Positions 38,042-46,828 of a DNA stretch of 64,000 nucleotides are shown here, one piece after another; positions within the stretch are counted from its first letter, which is position 1, and each line of letters opens with the position of its first letter. Source of the stretch: an uncultured Clostridia bacterium (GTDB taxonomy: Bacteria > Bacillota > Clostridia > Christensenellales > UBA1242); contig CALWTD010000012.1 of NCBI GenBank assembly GCA_944384395.1, forward strand, positions 57,596 through 121,595, read 5' to 3'. The position numbers and the translations under genes are program-made. The notes beneath the pieces are model-generated. The model was not told where the DNA came from. It worked only from the letters and a program-made list of their open reading frames with translations, and ran no database searches.

Positions 38042-39445
38042 TTATTTTTTGCGTTTTTGCTTAGACAAAAGTTGTTGTTTTAATATATCACTTCTTTTTA
38101 AGTTATATTTTGAAAGTATCATCATTGCAACAGCAATGCTTATTGCACAACCACCAAAAACAATTGCACCCAAATAATTTTGAACTTTAAGCGCTTGCAC
38201 AGGCGCCGATGCATCAAACTTTATTAAATCTAAAAGCACACCAATAACAAGTAGTGCAAGCGAGTTTGCAATATTATATGCAAAAGTCATATATCCACTG
38301 TATGTTGCACTGCTGTTTTCTCCTGTTGTTATTTTGTCCATTGTTACATTGTCGGCAAACATAGACATTGGAAGTGAGTATAATGCTCCTGTTCCAAATC
38401 CGCAAAAAATCATGCATGGCATAACCACCCAAAAAGAAATAGTAACGCCTATTTGTTCTCTGAAAACAAAAACCCAAAAAGTGAAAAATATTCCAATTAA
38501 TATTGTAAAATATGACCATTTGAGTGCTGGTTTTTTGTCTATTCTTTTGCTTAAATAAATCCAAAACGGCTGACTTACTATTGCACCAACAAAAATACAA
38601 GTCATAAGAATTGGAATTTGTGTTGTGTTAAAATGAAAACAATATGTAAAAAGATGCATACCCACCGATGTTAAAAATGCGGCAGCAATTAATGCTACTG
38701 AATATGATATTATTATAGAACCATAATTTTTTCGTTTAAGTGTTAAAAAGAAATTATAAAAGATTTTAAAAAAGGCATTTTTTTCTTTTGACTTTACTTT
38801 ATATGAAGGCATACTTTTTACTTTTTTGTATGTCCCAAGTATACAAACAAGCCCACTTATTAAACTTAGTGCACTTGTAACATATGCAATGTATATATAG
38901 CCTGATTGAACAAGTTGCCCTTGGTTATCACTTGGCATAAAAATCATCATAAGAGCACTTGGAAGAACCATACCTAATATAAAGAAAACAGTTTTATAAC
39001 CTTGAAGTGTGCTTTGTTCGTTGTAGCCCGGAGCAATGTCAATACCAAGTGCAACATATGGAGTTGCAAAACAAGTGTTTGCTGTCTCTAAGCTGAGTAG
39101 AACAACAAGTAGCCAAAAAAACTTACCAATTTCACTCATAGAATTTGGAACACTCCAAAGTAGCACATTAAAAACAACCATTCCAAGCGTGCCAAAAAAC
39201 AAATAACCAAGTCGTCTTCCCCAAAATTTTGATTGAGTTAAATCGCTTAAATATCCAACAATGGGGTCGCTAAGCCCGTCCCAAAACGCAGAGAGGGCAA
39301 CACAAAGTCCAACAAGCGAACCTTTTATGCCTAGTACACTTGTGCCAAAAAACATAATAAAAGTTGTCATGGTTTGTGCTATTGTTCCATAACCTAAATT
39401 TCCCATTGCATAACATAGTTTTGTGCCTGTTTTTAGTTTTTTCAA
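38042..39445 (-). CDS. MFS / glycoside-pentoside-hexuronide:cation symporter family transporter
   Basis: 12 TM helices and a GPH-like N-terminus (KLCYAMGNLGYG...DGLSDPIVGYLSD). Confidence 0.7.
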   Translation of the reverse strand: MKKLKTGTKLCYAMGNLGYGTIAQTMTTFIMFFGTSVLGIKGSLVGLCVALSAFWDGLSDPIVGYLSDLTQSKFWGRRLGYLFFGTLGMVVFNVLLWSVPNSMSEIGKFFWLLVVLLSLETANTCFATPYVALGIDIAPGYNEQSTLQGYKTVFFILGMVLPSALMMIFMPSDNQGQLVQSGYIYIAYVTSALSLISGLVCILGTYKKVKSMPSYKVKSKEKNAFFKIFYNFFLTLKRKNYGSIIISYSVALIAAAFLTSVGMHLFTYCFHFNTTQIPILMTCIFVGAIVSQPFWIYLSKRIDKKPALKWSYFTILIGIFFTFWVFVFREQIGVTISFWVVMPCMIFCGFGTGALYSLPMSMFADNVTMDKITTGENSSATYSGYMTFAYNIANSLALLVIGVLLDLIKFDASAPVQALKVQNYLGAIVFGGCAISIAVAMMILSKYNLKRSDILKQQLLSKQKRKK

Positions 39446-39503
39446 AAAATCTCCTAAACTATTTTATGCAACCTTAAAGTATTTTATTTAAGTGTATTGA
39501 ACA

Positions 39504-39531
39504 TAAAAAAATTAAAGCCCAATGCTTTAAT
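39504..39531 (-). terminator. tlyA terminator
   Basis: ATTAAAGC-N5-GCTTTAAT hairpin followed by T-run on the minus strand. Confidence 0.65.
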
Positions 39532-39553
39532 TTTTAGTATAATTTAAAAATTG

Positions 39554-40291
39554 TTAAATTCTTTTTATAAATTGTGCAACAAACTCGGTGTTGCCATCTC
39601 CACCCAAAATTTTTGATTTTGCTATATTTTTTAAAATTAAACCGTTTTCGTTAAAGTTTTTAACAACTTTATCTATCACAAGTTTATGAATTTTTTCGTC
39701 TTTTATTATTCCTTTAAATTTTTTAGCAATCTCTTTGCCACATTCAAATTGTGGTTTTATTAAAACTATGCAATAACAATCTGGTTTTAGTAGTGAAGCA
39801 ATTTTTTGTGATATTAATGTTAGTGAAATAAAAGAAACATCACAAACAATAACATCAACATCTTTAAAATTTTTTTCATCAATATTTCTTATGTCCGTGT
39901 TTTCTATGCTTACAACTTTTTTATTGTTTTTTAAACTTATATCTAGTTGATTTGTTCCCACATCAACACTATAAACTTTTTTTGCACCATTTTGTAAACA
40001 AAAATCTGTAAACCCACCTGTTGAAGTTCCAATATCTAAAACAACTTTGTCAAAAAAATCTAAATTAAATTCTTCTTTTGCTCCTTCAAGTTTATAACCT
40101 GCTCTTGATACATATGGACATAACTTTTTTGTAATTTCAATACTATAATTATTATCGACTAAAAAACTTGGTTTGTTCACAATTTTACCATCAACCATAA
40201 CACCATTATCTTTAATAATGTCCTGTGCTTGTTTTCTGGACTTTACAAAATTATTTGTAAATAAATATAAATCTAATCTTTGCATAATCAC
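39554..40291 (-). CDS. tlyA: TlyA family rRNA 2'-O-methyltransferase (S4 + FtsJ domains)
   Basis: RLDLYL S4 N-terminus and GTSTGGFTD SAM motif. The start is GTG 40291 or ATG 40285. Confidence 0.85.
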   Translation of the reverse strand: MIMQRLDLYLFTNNFVKSRKQAQDIIKDNGVMVDGKIVNKPSFLVDNNYSIEITKKLCPYVSRAGYKLEGAKEEFNLDFFDKVVLDIGTSTGGFTDFCLQNGAKKVYSVDVGTNQLDISLKNNKKVVSIENTDIRNIDEKNFKDVDVIVCDVSFISLTLISQKIASLLKPDCYCIVLIKPQFECGKEIAKKFKGIIKDEKIHKLVIDKVVKNFNENGLILKNIAKSKILGGDGNTEFVAQFIKRI

Positions 40292-40340
40292 CTTTAAAAC
40301 AAGTTTATCACACTAAATTAAAACGACCTAACAAATACAA

Positions 40341-40459
40341 CTATTTCAAAAACTCTCCCTCTCGCTGTGATTTTTTTTAATAAATTAAAAAATCTCGCTT
40401 GCATTTCACATCTCACTTTCCTACTCGTTAAACTTGGAGATTATAAAAGAATAATTCGC
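40341..40459. repeat. Repeat unit A (119 bp)
   Basis: ctatttcaaaaactctccctctcgctgtgattttttttaataaatt...cttGGAGATTATaaaagaataattcgc. Near-identical to unit B. Confidence 0.85.
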
Positions 40460-40484
40460 TTACTTCTTGCTCTCGCTTCCATAT

Positions 40485-40609
40485 CCGACAAATTAAAAAC
40501 AAGCAAGACAAGACTCGCATAATTTATCCACGCAGGAGTTTAGTTTTCTAAATGACTGTGTGGTAAATTATGCAGTAAACGAAGTATTGCGACGTTTTTT
40601 ATTTGCCGG
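40485..40609. other. Structured 125-nt insert between repeat units A and B (nested long hairpins)
   Basis: Outer arms are CCGACAAATTAAAAA (40485-40499) and TTTTTTATTTGCCGG (40595-40609), giving 13/15 pairs. Inner arms are GCATAATTTATCCAC (40517-40531) and GTGGTAAATTATGC (40560-40573). Confidence 0.5.
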
Positions 40610-40627
40610 TCTTTTAAAATCCCTGTA

Positions 40628-40747
40628 CTATTTCAAAAACTCTCCCTCTCGCTGTGATTTTTTTTAATAAATTAAAAAAATCCCGCTTGCATTTCACATC
40701 TCACTTTCCTACTCGTTAAACTTGGAGATTATAAAAGAATAATTCGC
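40628..40747. repeat. Repeat unit B (120 bp)
   Basis: Differs from unit A by one substitution and one A indel. Confidence 0.85.
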
Positions 40748-40777
40748 AAGCGAATTCTCTTTTGAAATCCCTGTGTG

Positions 40778-40831
40778 ATTTCAAAAACTCAGCCTCTCGC
40801 TGTGATTTTTTTTAATAAATTAAAAAATCTC
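40778..40831. repeat. Partial repeat unit C (first ~54 bp of the unit) abutting the tRNA-Ala terminator
   Basis: atttcaaaaactcAGcctctcgctgtgattttttttaataaattaaaaaatctc. Confidence 0.75.
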
Positions 40832-40848
40832 AGCGATTTGCTGAGATT
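40826..40848 (-). terminator. tRNA-Ala terminator
   Basis: AATCTCAGC-aaatc-GCTGAGATT (9-bp stem) followed by T6 on the minus strand. Confidence 0.8.
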
Positions 40849-40857
40849 CTTTTATAA

Positions 40858-40934
40858 TGGTGGAGATTATCGGAATCGAACCGATGACCTCCTGCTTGCA
40901 AGGCAGGCGCTCTAGCCAGCTGAGCTAAACCCCC
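40858..40934 (-). tRNA. tRNA-Ala (anticodon UGC), CCA encoded
   Basis: The minus strand reads GGGGGTTTAGCTCAGCTGGCTAGAGCGCCTGCCTTGCAAGGCAGGAGGTCATCGGTTCGATTCCGATAATCTCCACCA. It folds as a cloverleaf with anticodon loop CTTGCAA and the G3:U70 Ala identity pair. Confidence 0.95.
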
Positions 40935-40947
40935 ATAATGCTTCACT

Positions 40948-40976
40948 ATAATACCATTATTATTTTACATTGTCAA
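40948..40976 (-). promoter_or_regulatory. tRNA-Ala promoter
   Basis: On the minus strand: TTGACA (40976-40971), 17-nt spacer, TATTAT (40953-40948). The tRNA 5' end lies 13 nt downstream. Confidence 0.7.
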
Positions 40977-41096
40977 CAATTTTTTTGTTTTTAATTATTT
41001 TTTACGCATTTTTTTACTTTAATTTTCTAATAAAATCTATTGCAAATTGTTTATTTTCTTTTGATAAATTATTATACAATTCTATAATGTTTTATA

Positions 41097-41516
41097 TTAT
41101 AACAACAAATCATCTATATAACAATCAAAATATTTTGCAAGTTCTATCAAATTCCTGATACTTGGAATAACACCTTTCTTCCAACGATAAATATTATCCT
41201 TTGAGTAATTTAAATCTTTGCATAATTTTCTACATGATATCTTTTTGTTTTGTATAAAAAAAATTAAGTTTTTATAAAAAACATCTTTGTTATAAACATA
41301 AAAATTTTTAAAACAATTTTCATCTTTTAATTCCAATAAATAATCTATTGAAACTTTTAAATAATTGGCAATTTTTATCAAAGTTTTTAAATTTGGAAAT
41401 CTTTGCTTGTATTTATAAAAAGTATTTTTAGAAATTACATTGTCTTTAAATAAATTATCTATTGTTTTATTTTGTTCATTTAAATTGTTTTTTACAATAC
41501 TTATAAAATCTAACAT
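41097..41516 (-). CDS. XRE-family protein with two HTH modules
   Basis: Two HTH-like halves, each ending in the typical ...IA.YL.VSIDYLL / LAKYFDCYIDDLL pattern. Confidence 0.65.
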   Translation of the reverse strand: MLDFISIVKNNLNEQNKTIDNLFKDNVISKNTFYKYKQRFPNLKTLIKIANYLKVSIDYLLELKDENCFKNFYVYNKDVFYKNLIFFIQNKKISCRKLCKDLNYSKDNIYRWKKGVIPSIRNLIELAKYFDCYIDDLLL

Positions 41517-41542
41517 ATGTAACCTATAATTGTTTTAAATTA

Positions 41543-41977
41543 TCAAATTCTACCAACTAAATCGTCAATAGAACCATTCAAATTTTTTGCTATGTAATAA
41601 ATTATGTCAAGTCTCGGAATTGACCCATTTCCCCAATGCCTAATAATACTTTCATCAAATCCACTATTTTTTATAAATTTATAATGTGTTGTGTTGTTAT
41701 CTTTTAATAATTTACGATATTTTTCAAGAAATTTTGGTGTTTCATATTGAAATGTATCATATTTTATATTTTTTCTATCTTCACTTAGTCCAAACAAATA
41801 ATCTAACGAACAATCAAAATATGAAGCAATTTTCATTGTTATTTCAATAGTAGGAATTGAACCTTTTAAATATCTACTATATTGCATTGCAGAAACTCCA
41901 CTTTCTTGTGCCAATTTTCTCAAAGATTTTCCACTTTCACAAATTAAATCTTTTAAATTTTCTACAAAAACTTCCAT
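41543..41977 (-). CDS. XRE-family protein with two HTH modules (paralogue of 41097-41516)
   Basis: LRKLAQESGVSAMQYSRYLKGSIPTIEITMKIASYFDCSLDYLFG plus a second module ending IAKNLNGSIDDLVG. Confidence 0.7.
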   Translation of the reverse strand: MEVFVENLKDLICESGKSLRKLAQESGVSAMQYSRYLKGSIPTIEITMKIASYFDCSLDYLFGLSEDRKNIKYDTFQYETPKFLEKYRKLLKDNNTTHYKFIKNSGFDESIIRHWGNGSIPRLDIIYYIAKNLNGSIDDLVGRI

Positions 41978-42153
41978 TTAAACACCTTTGTTTATAAAAC
42001 AAATTTTTTTCTTATTTTCGTTTAACATTTTATAGGAATTTTTGTTACAATAACTTTATGTAACAGTTATGCCTAGTAAAAAGTGTTACAAATTATGTTT
42101 TTAAAAATTTAAGATTTTATACAAAGGAAAAAAAATATGAATAATAAAATTGT

Positions 42154-43206
42154 CTACTTTATTCCAACTGTTGCTTTTGCAGTTAAATTTAAATCTTCAA
42201 AATCATTTTTATCTAGAAGTTGATAATATGCTTGCGAGCCAATCATTGCTGCATTATCAGTACATAAATTTAAACTTGGAGTATAAAGTTTTATTCCATT
42301 TTTTTCACATTCAATTTTTAATACTTCTTTTAATTTACTATTTGCACCAACACCTCCAGCAACGACAAGTTTTGTTTGATTGTATTTTTTTACGGCACTT
42401 ATTGATTTGTTTACAAGTTCGTCAACAACTTCTTTTTGAAAACTTGCACAAACATCACACACATTTATTTTTTCATTTTTTTGTTCCATATTGTGAACAT
42501 AGTTAATTACAGCAGTTTTTATTCCACTAAAACTAAAATTATATGTGTTTGCCAAAATATTTTTATGTGCAAACGTGATATTTTCTTTTCCTTCTTTTGC
42601 CATTTTATCTATTTTGGGCCCACCCGGATAACCAAGTCCAACAACTCTTGCAACTTTGTCAAATGCTTCGCCAACTGCATCATCAACCGTGGAACCAATA
42701 AGTTCAAGTTCGGTATACGATTTAACATTGACAATTGCCGTGTGTCCACCGCTTACAAGCAAGCAAATAAAAGGTGGCTCTAAATCTTGATGTGTTAAAT
42801 AGTTTGCTGCAATATGCCCCCTTATATGACTTACTGCCAAGAGTGGCTTGTTGCTCATGTACGCAAGACCTTTGGCAAAACTTACACCAACTAAGAGTGC
42901 TCCCAAAAGTCCTGCACCGTATGTTACTGCAATTATGTCTATATCTTCAATTTTTAAATTTGCTTGACTTAATGCTTCATTGCAGACATTTGATATTGCT
43001 GTTATGTGATTTCTTGAAGCAACTTCTGGAACAACTCCGCCAAAGCGAGTGTGTATTTCTATTTGTGTTGCAATTATATTTGAAAGAATTTTTCTGCCAT
43101 TTTCAATTATTGCAACACTTGTTTCATCACAACTCGATTCTATCGCTAATATTTTTACTGATTTTTTATTTTTTAATTCGTTATATAATTTTTCGTCTAT
43201 TTCCAT
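42154..43206 (-). CDS. tsaD: tRNA N6-adenosine threonylcarbamoyltransferase TsaD
   Basis: [26 protein letters not shown], and the overall Kae1/Gcp pattern. Confidence 0.95.
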   Translation of the reverse strand: MEIDEKLYNELKNKKSVKILAIESSCDETSVAIIENGRKILSNIIATQIEIHTRFGGVVPEVASRNHITAISNVCNEALSQANLKIEDIDIIAVTYGAGLLGALLVGVSFAKGLAYMSNKPLLAVSHIRGHIAANYLTHQDLEPPFICLLVSGGHTAIVNVKSYTELELIGSTVDDAVGEAFDKVARVVGLGYPGGPKIDKMAKEGKENITFAHKNILANTYNFSFSGIKTAVINYVHNMEQKNEKINVCDVCASFQKEVVDELVNKSISAVKKYNQTKLVVAGGVGANSKLKEVLKIECEKNGIKLYTPSLNLCTDNAAMIGSQAYYQLLDKNDFEDLNLTAKATVGIK

Positions 43207-43215
43207 AAATTTACC

Positions 43216-44317
43216 CTAATTACTTTTAACTAAATAATCGTTTATAAATGGTTGAATATCTCCATTCATAACTGCATCAATGTTGGAAGTTTCATAACCA
43301 GTTCTATGGTCTTTAACAAGCGTATAAGGACAAAAAACATAACTTCGTATTTGACTTCCCCACTCTATCTTTTTTATTTCGCCTTTTATATCTTTTAATT
43401 TTTTTAACTCTTCTTCTTCTTGCTTTTCTGCTAGTTTGCTATAAAGCATTTTCATGGCTGTTTCACGATTTTGAATTTGACTTCTTTCAGTTTGACAACT
43501 AACAACAAATCCTGTTGGAATGTGCGTTATTCTTATTGCACTTTCTGTTTTATTAACATGTTGTCCACCTGCCCCACTACTTCTATATGTGTCTATTTTT
43601 AAATCTTCGGGACGAATTTCTATCTCTGGCATTTCTTCAATTTCTGGCATAACTTCAACGCTGGCAAAACTTGTGTGACGCCTTGCGTTTGCATCAAAAG
43701 GAGAAATTCTTACAAGCCTATGAACACCTTTTTCACATTTTAAATAACCGTATGCGTTGTCGCCAATAACCATAAATGTAATGCTTTTTATTCCTGCTTC
43801 ATCTCCTGCAAGTTCATCTAAAACTTTTATGCCATAGCCTTTTTTTTCACTGTACATTTGATACATTCTAAAAAGCATTTCTGTCCAATCTTGTGCTTCG
43901 GTTCCACCTGCACCTGCATGCAACGTTATTATAGCATTGTTTGAATCATATTTTCCTTTTAAGAGTGTTTCAATTTTAAAATCTTCAAGTTCTTTTTCTA
44001 AAAATTTTATTTTTTCAACAATTTGATTTTCTAGTTCTTCATCACTTTCTATTTCAAGAAGTTCAACAATTGCATCGCAATCATTTATTTCGTCTTCACA
44101 CTTTTTTACTCGCTCTAATTTATGTTCCCTTGCTTTTATTTGTTGTCCAACACTTTTACTCTTTGCAACATTATTATAAAAATTTGGGTCTTCTTGCTGT
44201 TTTTTTAAGTCTTTTAACTCATTTTCTAATTTATTTAAGTCAAAGACACTCCTTTATCATTTGAAGTGTATTTTTATGGTTTTTAAGCTGTTCTTTTATA
44301 TTTTCAATTATAATCAT
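43216..44317 (-). CDS. prfB: Peptide chain release factor 2, with programmed +1 frameshift (join 44317..44243, 44241..43216)
   Basis: ORF1 is MIIIENIKEQLKNHKNTLQMIKECL followed by TGA. After a +1 shift the frame continues as DLNKLENE... through SPF and GGQ (SGAGGQHVNKT). Confidence 0.9.
44239..44254 (-). promoter_or_regulatory. RF2 autoregulatory frameshift site
   Basis: The minus strand reads AAGGAG TGT CTT TGA C, with the internal SD 3 nt before CTT-TGA-C. Confidence 0.9.
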
Positions 44318-44430
44318 ATTAAACCTCGATAAATTATATCACTACATATTTTTAAAATCAAATATATGCTTACTTTACTTTAACAAAGTTAAATGTTGAC
44401 TTTATTTAAAGAAACTGCAATAATAATTAC

Positions 44431-45090
44431 ATGAAAAAATTTATTTTATTTTTATGTTTAATGTTGTCTATTTTTGCAGTATTTGAATTTAATAGTGCTT
44501 CTTCTTTTGCTTTTGCAAGTAAAGAACCAAATTTGGTTAAAACAACCATTGAAACAAATTTATACGCCCAGCCAAGTTTAAAAAGCACAATAGTACAAAA
44601 ACTTGATGTCGGAATTGTTTTAACAGTTGACACAGAATTTTTAGATGATATGTTTTATAAAGTTTCTTCATATCAAATAATTGAAGGTGCAAGCGAAACT
44701 GATTTCGCTTATGTTTTAAAAGCTCACACACTTGACAACCAAATCAACTCACCTGAAAAAAGTTTAGACTATAATGCAACTATTAAAAACGATGATTCTT
44801 TTTTATATACTTATGACACAAACACAAAAACTTACACAAAAACAAACATATCTTTAAAAAAAGATACAAAAGTTAGAATTCTTGACGGCTATGATAAAAA
44901 TAAAGAATACACCTATATTTCATATCAAAATGAAAGTGGCGAAATTTTATCATATTACATTAAAACAGAAAATCTTAAAATAAATGGAATAAATTACTCT
45001 GTTATTGTTGCAATATCAACTTTAATAACGTGCGTTATTATTATTTCTATTATATTTGGCATAAAAGGACGAAAGAAAAAAAGTAAATAA
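44431..45090 (+). CDS. Secreted protein with SH3b-like domains and a C-terminal membrane anchor
   Basis: Signal peptide, NLYAQPSLKSTIVQKLDVGIVLTV SH3_3-like pattern, and a C-terminal TM helix followed by KGRKKKSK. Confidence 0.5.
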   Translation: MKKFILFLCLMLSIFAVFEFNSASSFAFASKEPNLVKTTIETNLYAQPSLKSTIVQKLDVGIVLTVDTEFLDDMFYKVSSYQIIEGASETDFAYVLKAHTLDNQINSPEKSLDYNATIKNDDSFLYTYDTNTKTYTKTNISLKKDTKVRILDGYDKNKEYTYISYQNESGEILSYYIKTENLKINGINYSVIVAISTLITCVIIISIIFGIKGRKKKSK

Positions 45091-45134
45091 AATTCAAAAT
45101 TCTATTTTGAAGTTTTTCGACAGTCTAAAAAAAC

Positions 45135-45165
45135 CATCAAAATTTAATTATTTTGATGTTTTTTA
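45135..45165. terminator. Hairpin shared by convergent genes (overlaps the tmk stop)
   Basis: CATCAAAAT-ttaatt-ATTTTGATG hairpin followed by T-run. Confidence 0.55.
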
Positions 45166-45839
45166 TTTATTTTTTTTATAATTTTGTCAAATATTTCGTT
45201 TGATATTTCATCAATTGTTTTTGGTTTGTTATTTTTTGTACAATCTATTTTTATATATTTATGTTTTTTATATAACATTAAATATGTTTTTTCTGCATTT
45301 AATAAGTAGTTTTCGTCTTGCTCATGCTGGTCGGGTTTTTCTTGCCTAGTTTCTTTTAAAATTTTTGCACATTTTTGTGGCATATATAAAAATATTGTTA
45401 AGTCCGGTTTTTTCAATTTTAACAATTTATACTCCAAGTTTTCTAAAAAGCTAAACATTTTTATTTTATCTTTGTCCTTTTTTAGTTTTGCACCTTGATG
45501 TGCTAAATTTGAATCAACATATCTATCAACAATAACATTTATTCCTTTATCAAGTTTTTCTTGTATATGCTTAAAATTATAAACTCTGTCGGCGGCAAAG
45601 TATAAACTTGCAACAACAGGGTCAACATTTGATGCACCTTCACTAAAATACCCTTCACAATAATCTTTTTTTCCAAGATATGGTCCTGCAATAATTTTAC
45701 CCGTTGGACTATCATAATTTGGAAAGCAAAATTTTTCTGTTTTTATTCCAATTTCATTTAGTCTTTTTACTAGTATATTGCTTTGAGTTTCTTTTCCCGA
45801 ACAATCAGTTCCTTCAATAACAATAAGTTTACCTTTCAT
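45144..45839 (-). CDS. tmk: Thymidylate kinase
   Basis: GKLIVIEGTDCSGKETQ P-loop, DRY motif (VDRYVDSNLAHQ), and the lid region. Confidence 0.9.
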   Translation of the reverse strand: MKGKLIVIEGTDCSGKETQSNILVKRLNEIGIKTEKFCFPNYDSPTGKIIAGPYLGKKDYCEGYFSEGASNVDPVVASLYFAADRVYNFKHIQEKLDKGINVIVDRYVDSNLAHQGAKLKKDKDKIKMFSFLENLEYKLLKLKKPDLTIFLYMPQKCAKILKETRQEKPDQHEQDENYLLNAEKTYLMLYKKHKYIKIDCTKNNKPKTIDEISNEIFDKIIKKINKKHQNN

Positions 45840-45886
45840 ATTTACCTACAAAAAAATATTATCATTTTTTTTGTATCACGTCAATT

Positions 45887-46219
45887 TTATGAATTAGAAA
45901 CTGCTAAATACATTAAGTCATTTACTTTTTTTTCGTTTAACGAATAAACCAAAATTTTTCCATCTCGTTTATAACTTACTATATTTTGACTTTTAAGTAG
46001 TTTTAACTGATGAGATATTGTTGTTTGATTTATTCCTAATATAAGCGAAAGGTCATTTACACACATATCACACATAGCAAGACAGGACATAATTTTTAAT
46101 CTTGTGCCATCACTAAAATTTTGAAAATATAAAGCTGTTTTTTCTATGTCTTCACTTGAAGGCAAATATTCTAAAATTTTTGCTCTGCTTTTTGGAGATA
46201 AAATTAAATAATTATCCAT
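45887..46219 (-). CDS. ArsR/SmtB family metal-sensing transcriptional regulator
   Basis: Winged HTH (VNDLSLILGINQTTISHQLKLLKSQNIV) preceded by a Cys pair (CLAMCDMCVNDL), like the alpha3 ELCVCDL site. Start moved to MDNYLIL at 46219. Confidence 0.8.
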   Translation of the reverse strand: MDNYLILSPKSRAKILEYLPSSEDIEKTALYFQNFSDGTRLKIMSCLAMCDMCVNDLSLILGINQTTISHQLKLLKSQNIVSYKRDGKILVYSLNEKKVNDLMYLAVSNS

Positions 46220-46404
46220 ACAAACCAACCTTTTTATATGTAACACAAATTGATACGCTATCATATATAAAAACTGATAGTTTTCAAGTTGTTAAAATAC
46301 AATTATATTTTATCAGCAATATTACAAAAAATTATAATAAATTTTTTTTGTATTTTGACTGAAAACATCAAAAAAACATATTTTTTGTTGAAGGGAGGTA
46401 ATTC

Positions 46405-46584
46405 ATGAATTTTTCACAAGACATTTTACTTGTACTTTTAATTTCTATTGTAGCATCTGCAACAGGTACAGATTTAGCAACAAACTCAAACATTCTTTTA
46501 ATTCTTCTTTTAGCCTTGTATCCAAGTTTTAATAATGGTTGTCAAAATTCTTGTGGTTGTAATTGCAACAATAGATTATTTTAA
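46405..46584 (+). CDS. 59-aa peptide with two hydrophobic segments and a Cys-rich tail (GCQNSCGCNCNNRLF)
   Basis: Strong SD (GGGAGG) 6 nt upstream of the ATG. It is divergent from the ArsR gene and below the ORF-track length cutoff. Confidence 0.55.
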   Translation: MNFSQDILLVLLISIVASATGTDLATNSNILLILLLALYPSFNNGCQNSCGCNCNNRLF

Positions 46585-46828
46585 TAATTTAAGAAAAAAA
46601 TACATAAAATACCATTTTTTAGCAAAAAAAACACAATTTTTTGATGTTTTTAAATTTTTTTAAACATAAGATATAATTTTTATTTGTAACTAAAGATAAC
46701 AAAAAATTAAAAATATAAGTAAATCATTTTATTTTTATATGTTAAAAAATAAAAAACAAAATAAATTTTTGTTTTTTATTTTGTTTTTTTTCTTGTTTTG
46801 TTGCACAATATAAATAAGGAGGAAAATT

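Noticed and set aside
40460-40627. The structured insert as 6S RNA or SRP RNA.
   Set aside because: A long irregular hairpin is superficially 6S-like. However, I see no SRP domain IV motif and cannot verify the 6S central-bubble architecture or a promoter and terminator by eye. It is reported only as an unexplained structure.
40341-40831. The repeat region downstream of tRNA-Ala as a CRISPR array.
   Set aside because: The units are about 120 bp rather than 25-40 bp. There are only 2.5 copies, the intervening segments are irregular (168 bp and 30 bp), and no cas genes are present.
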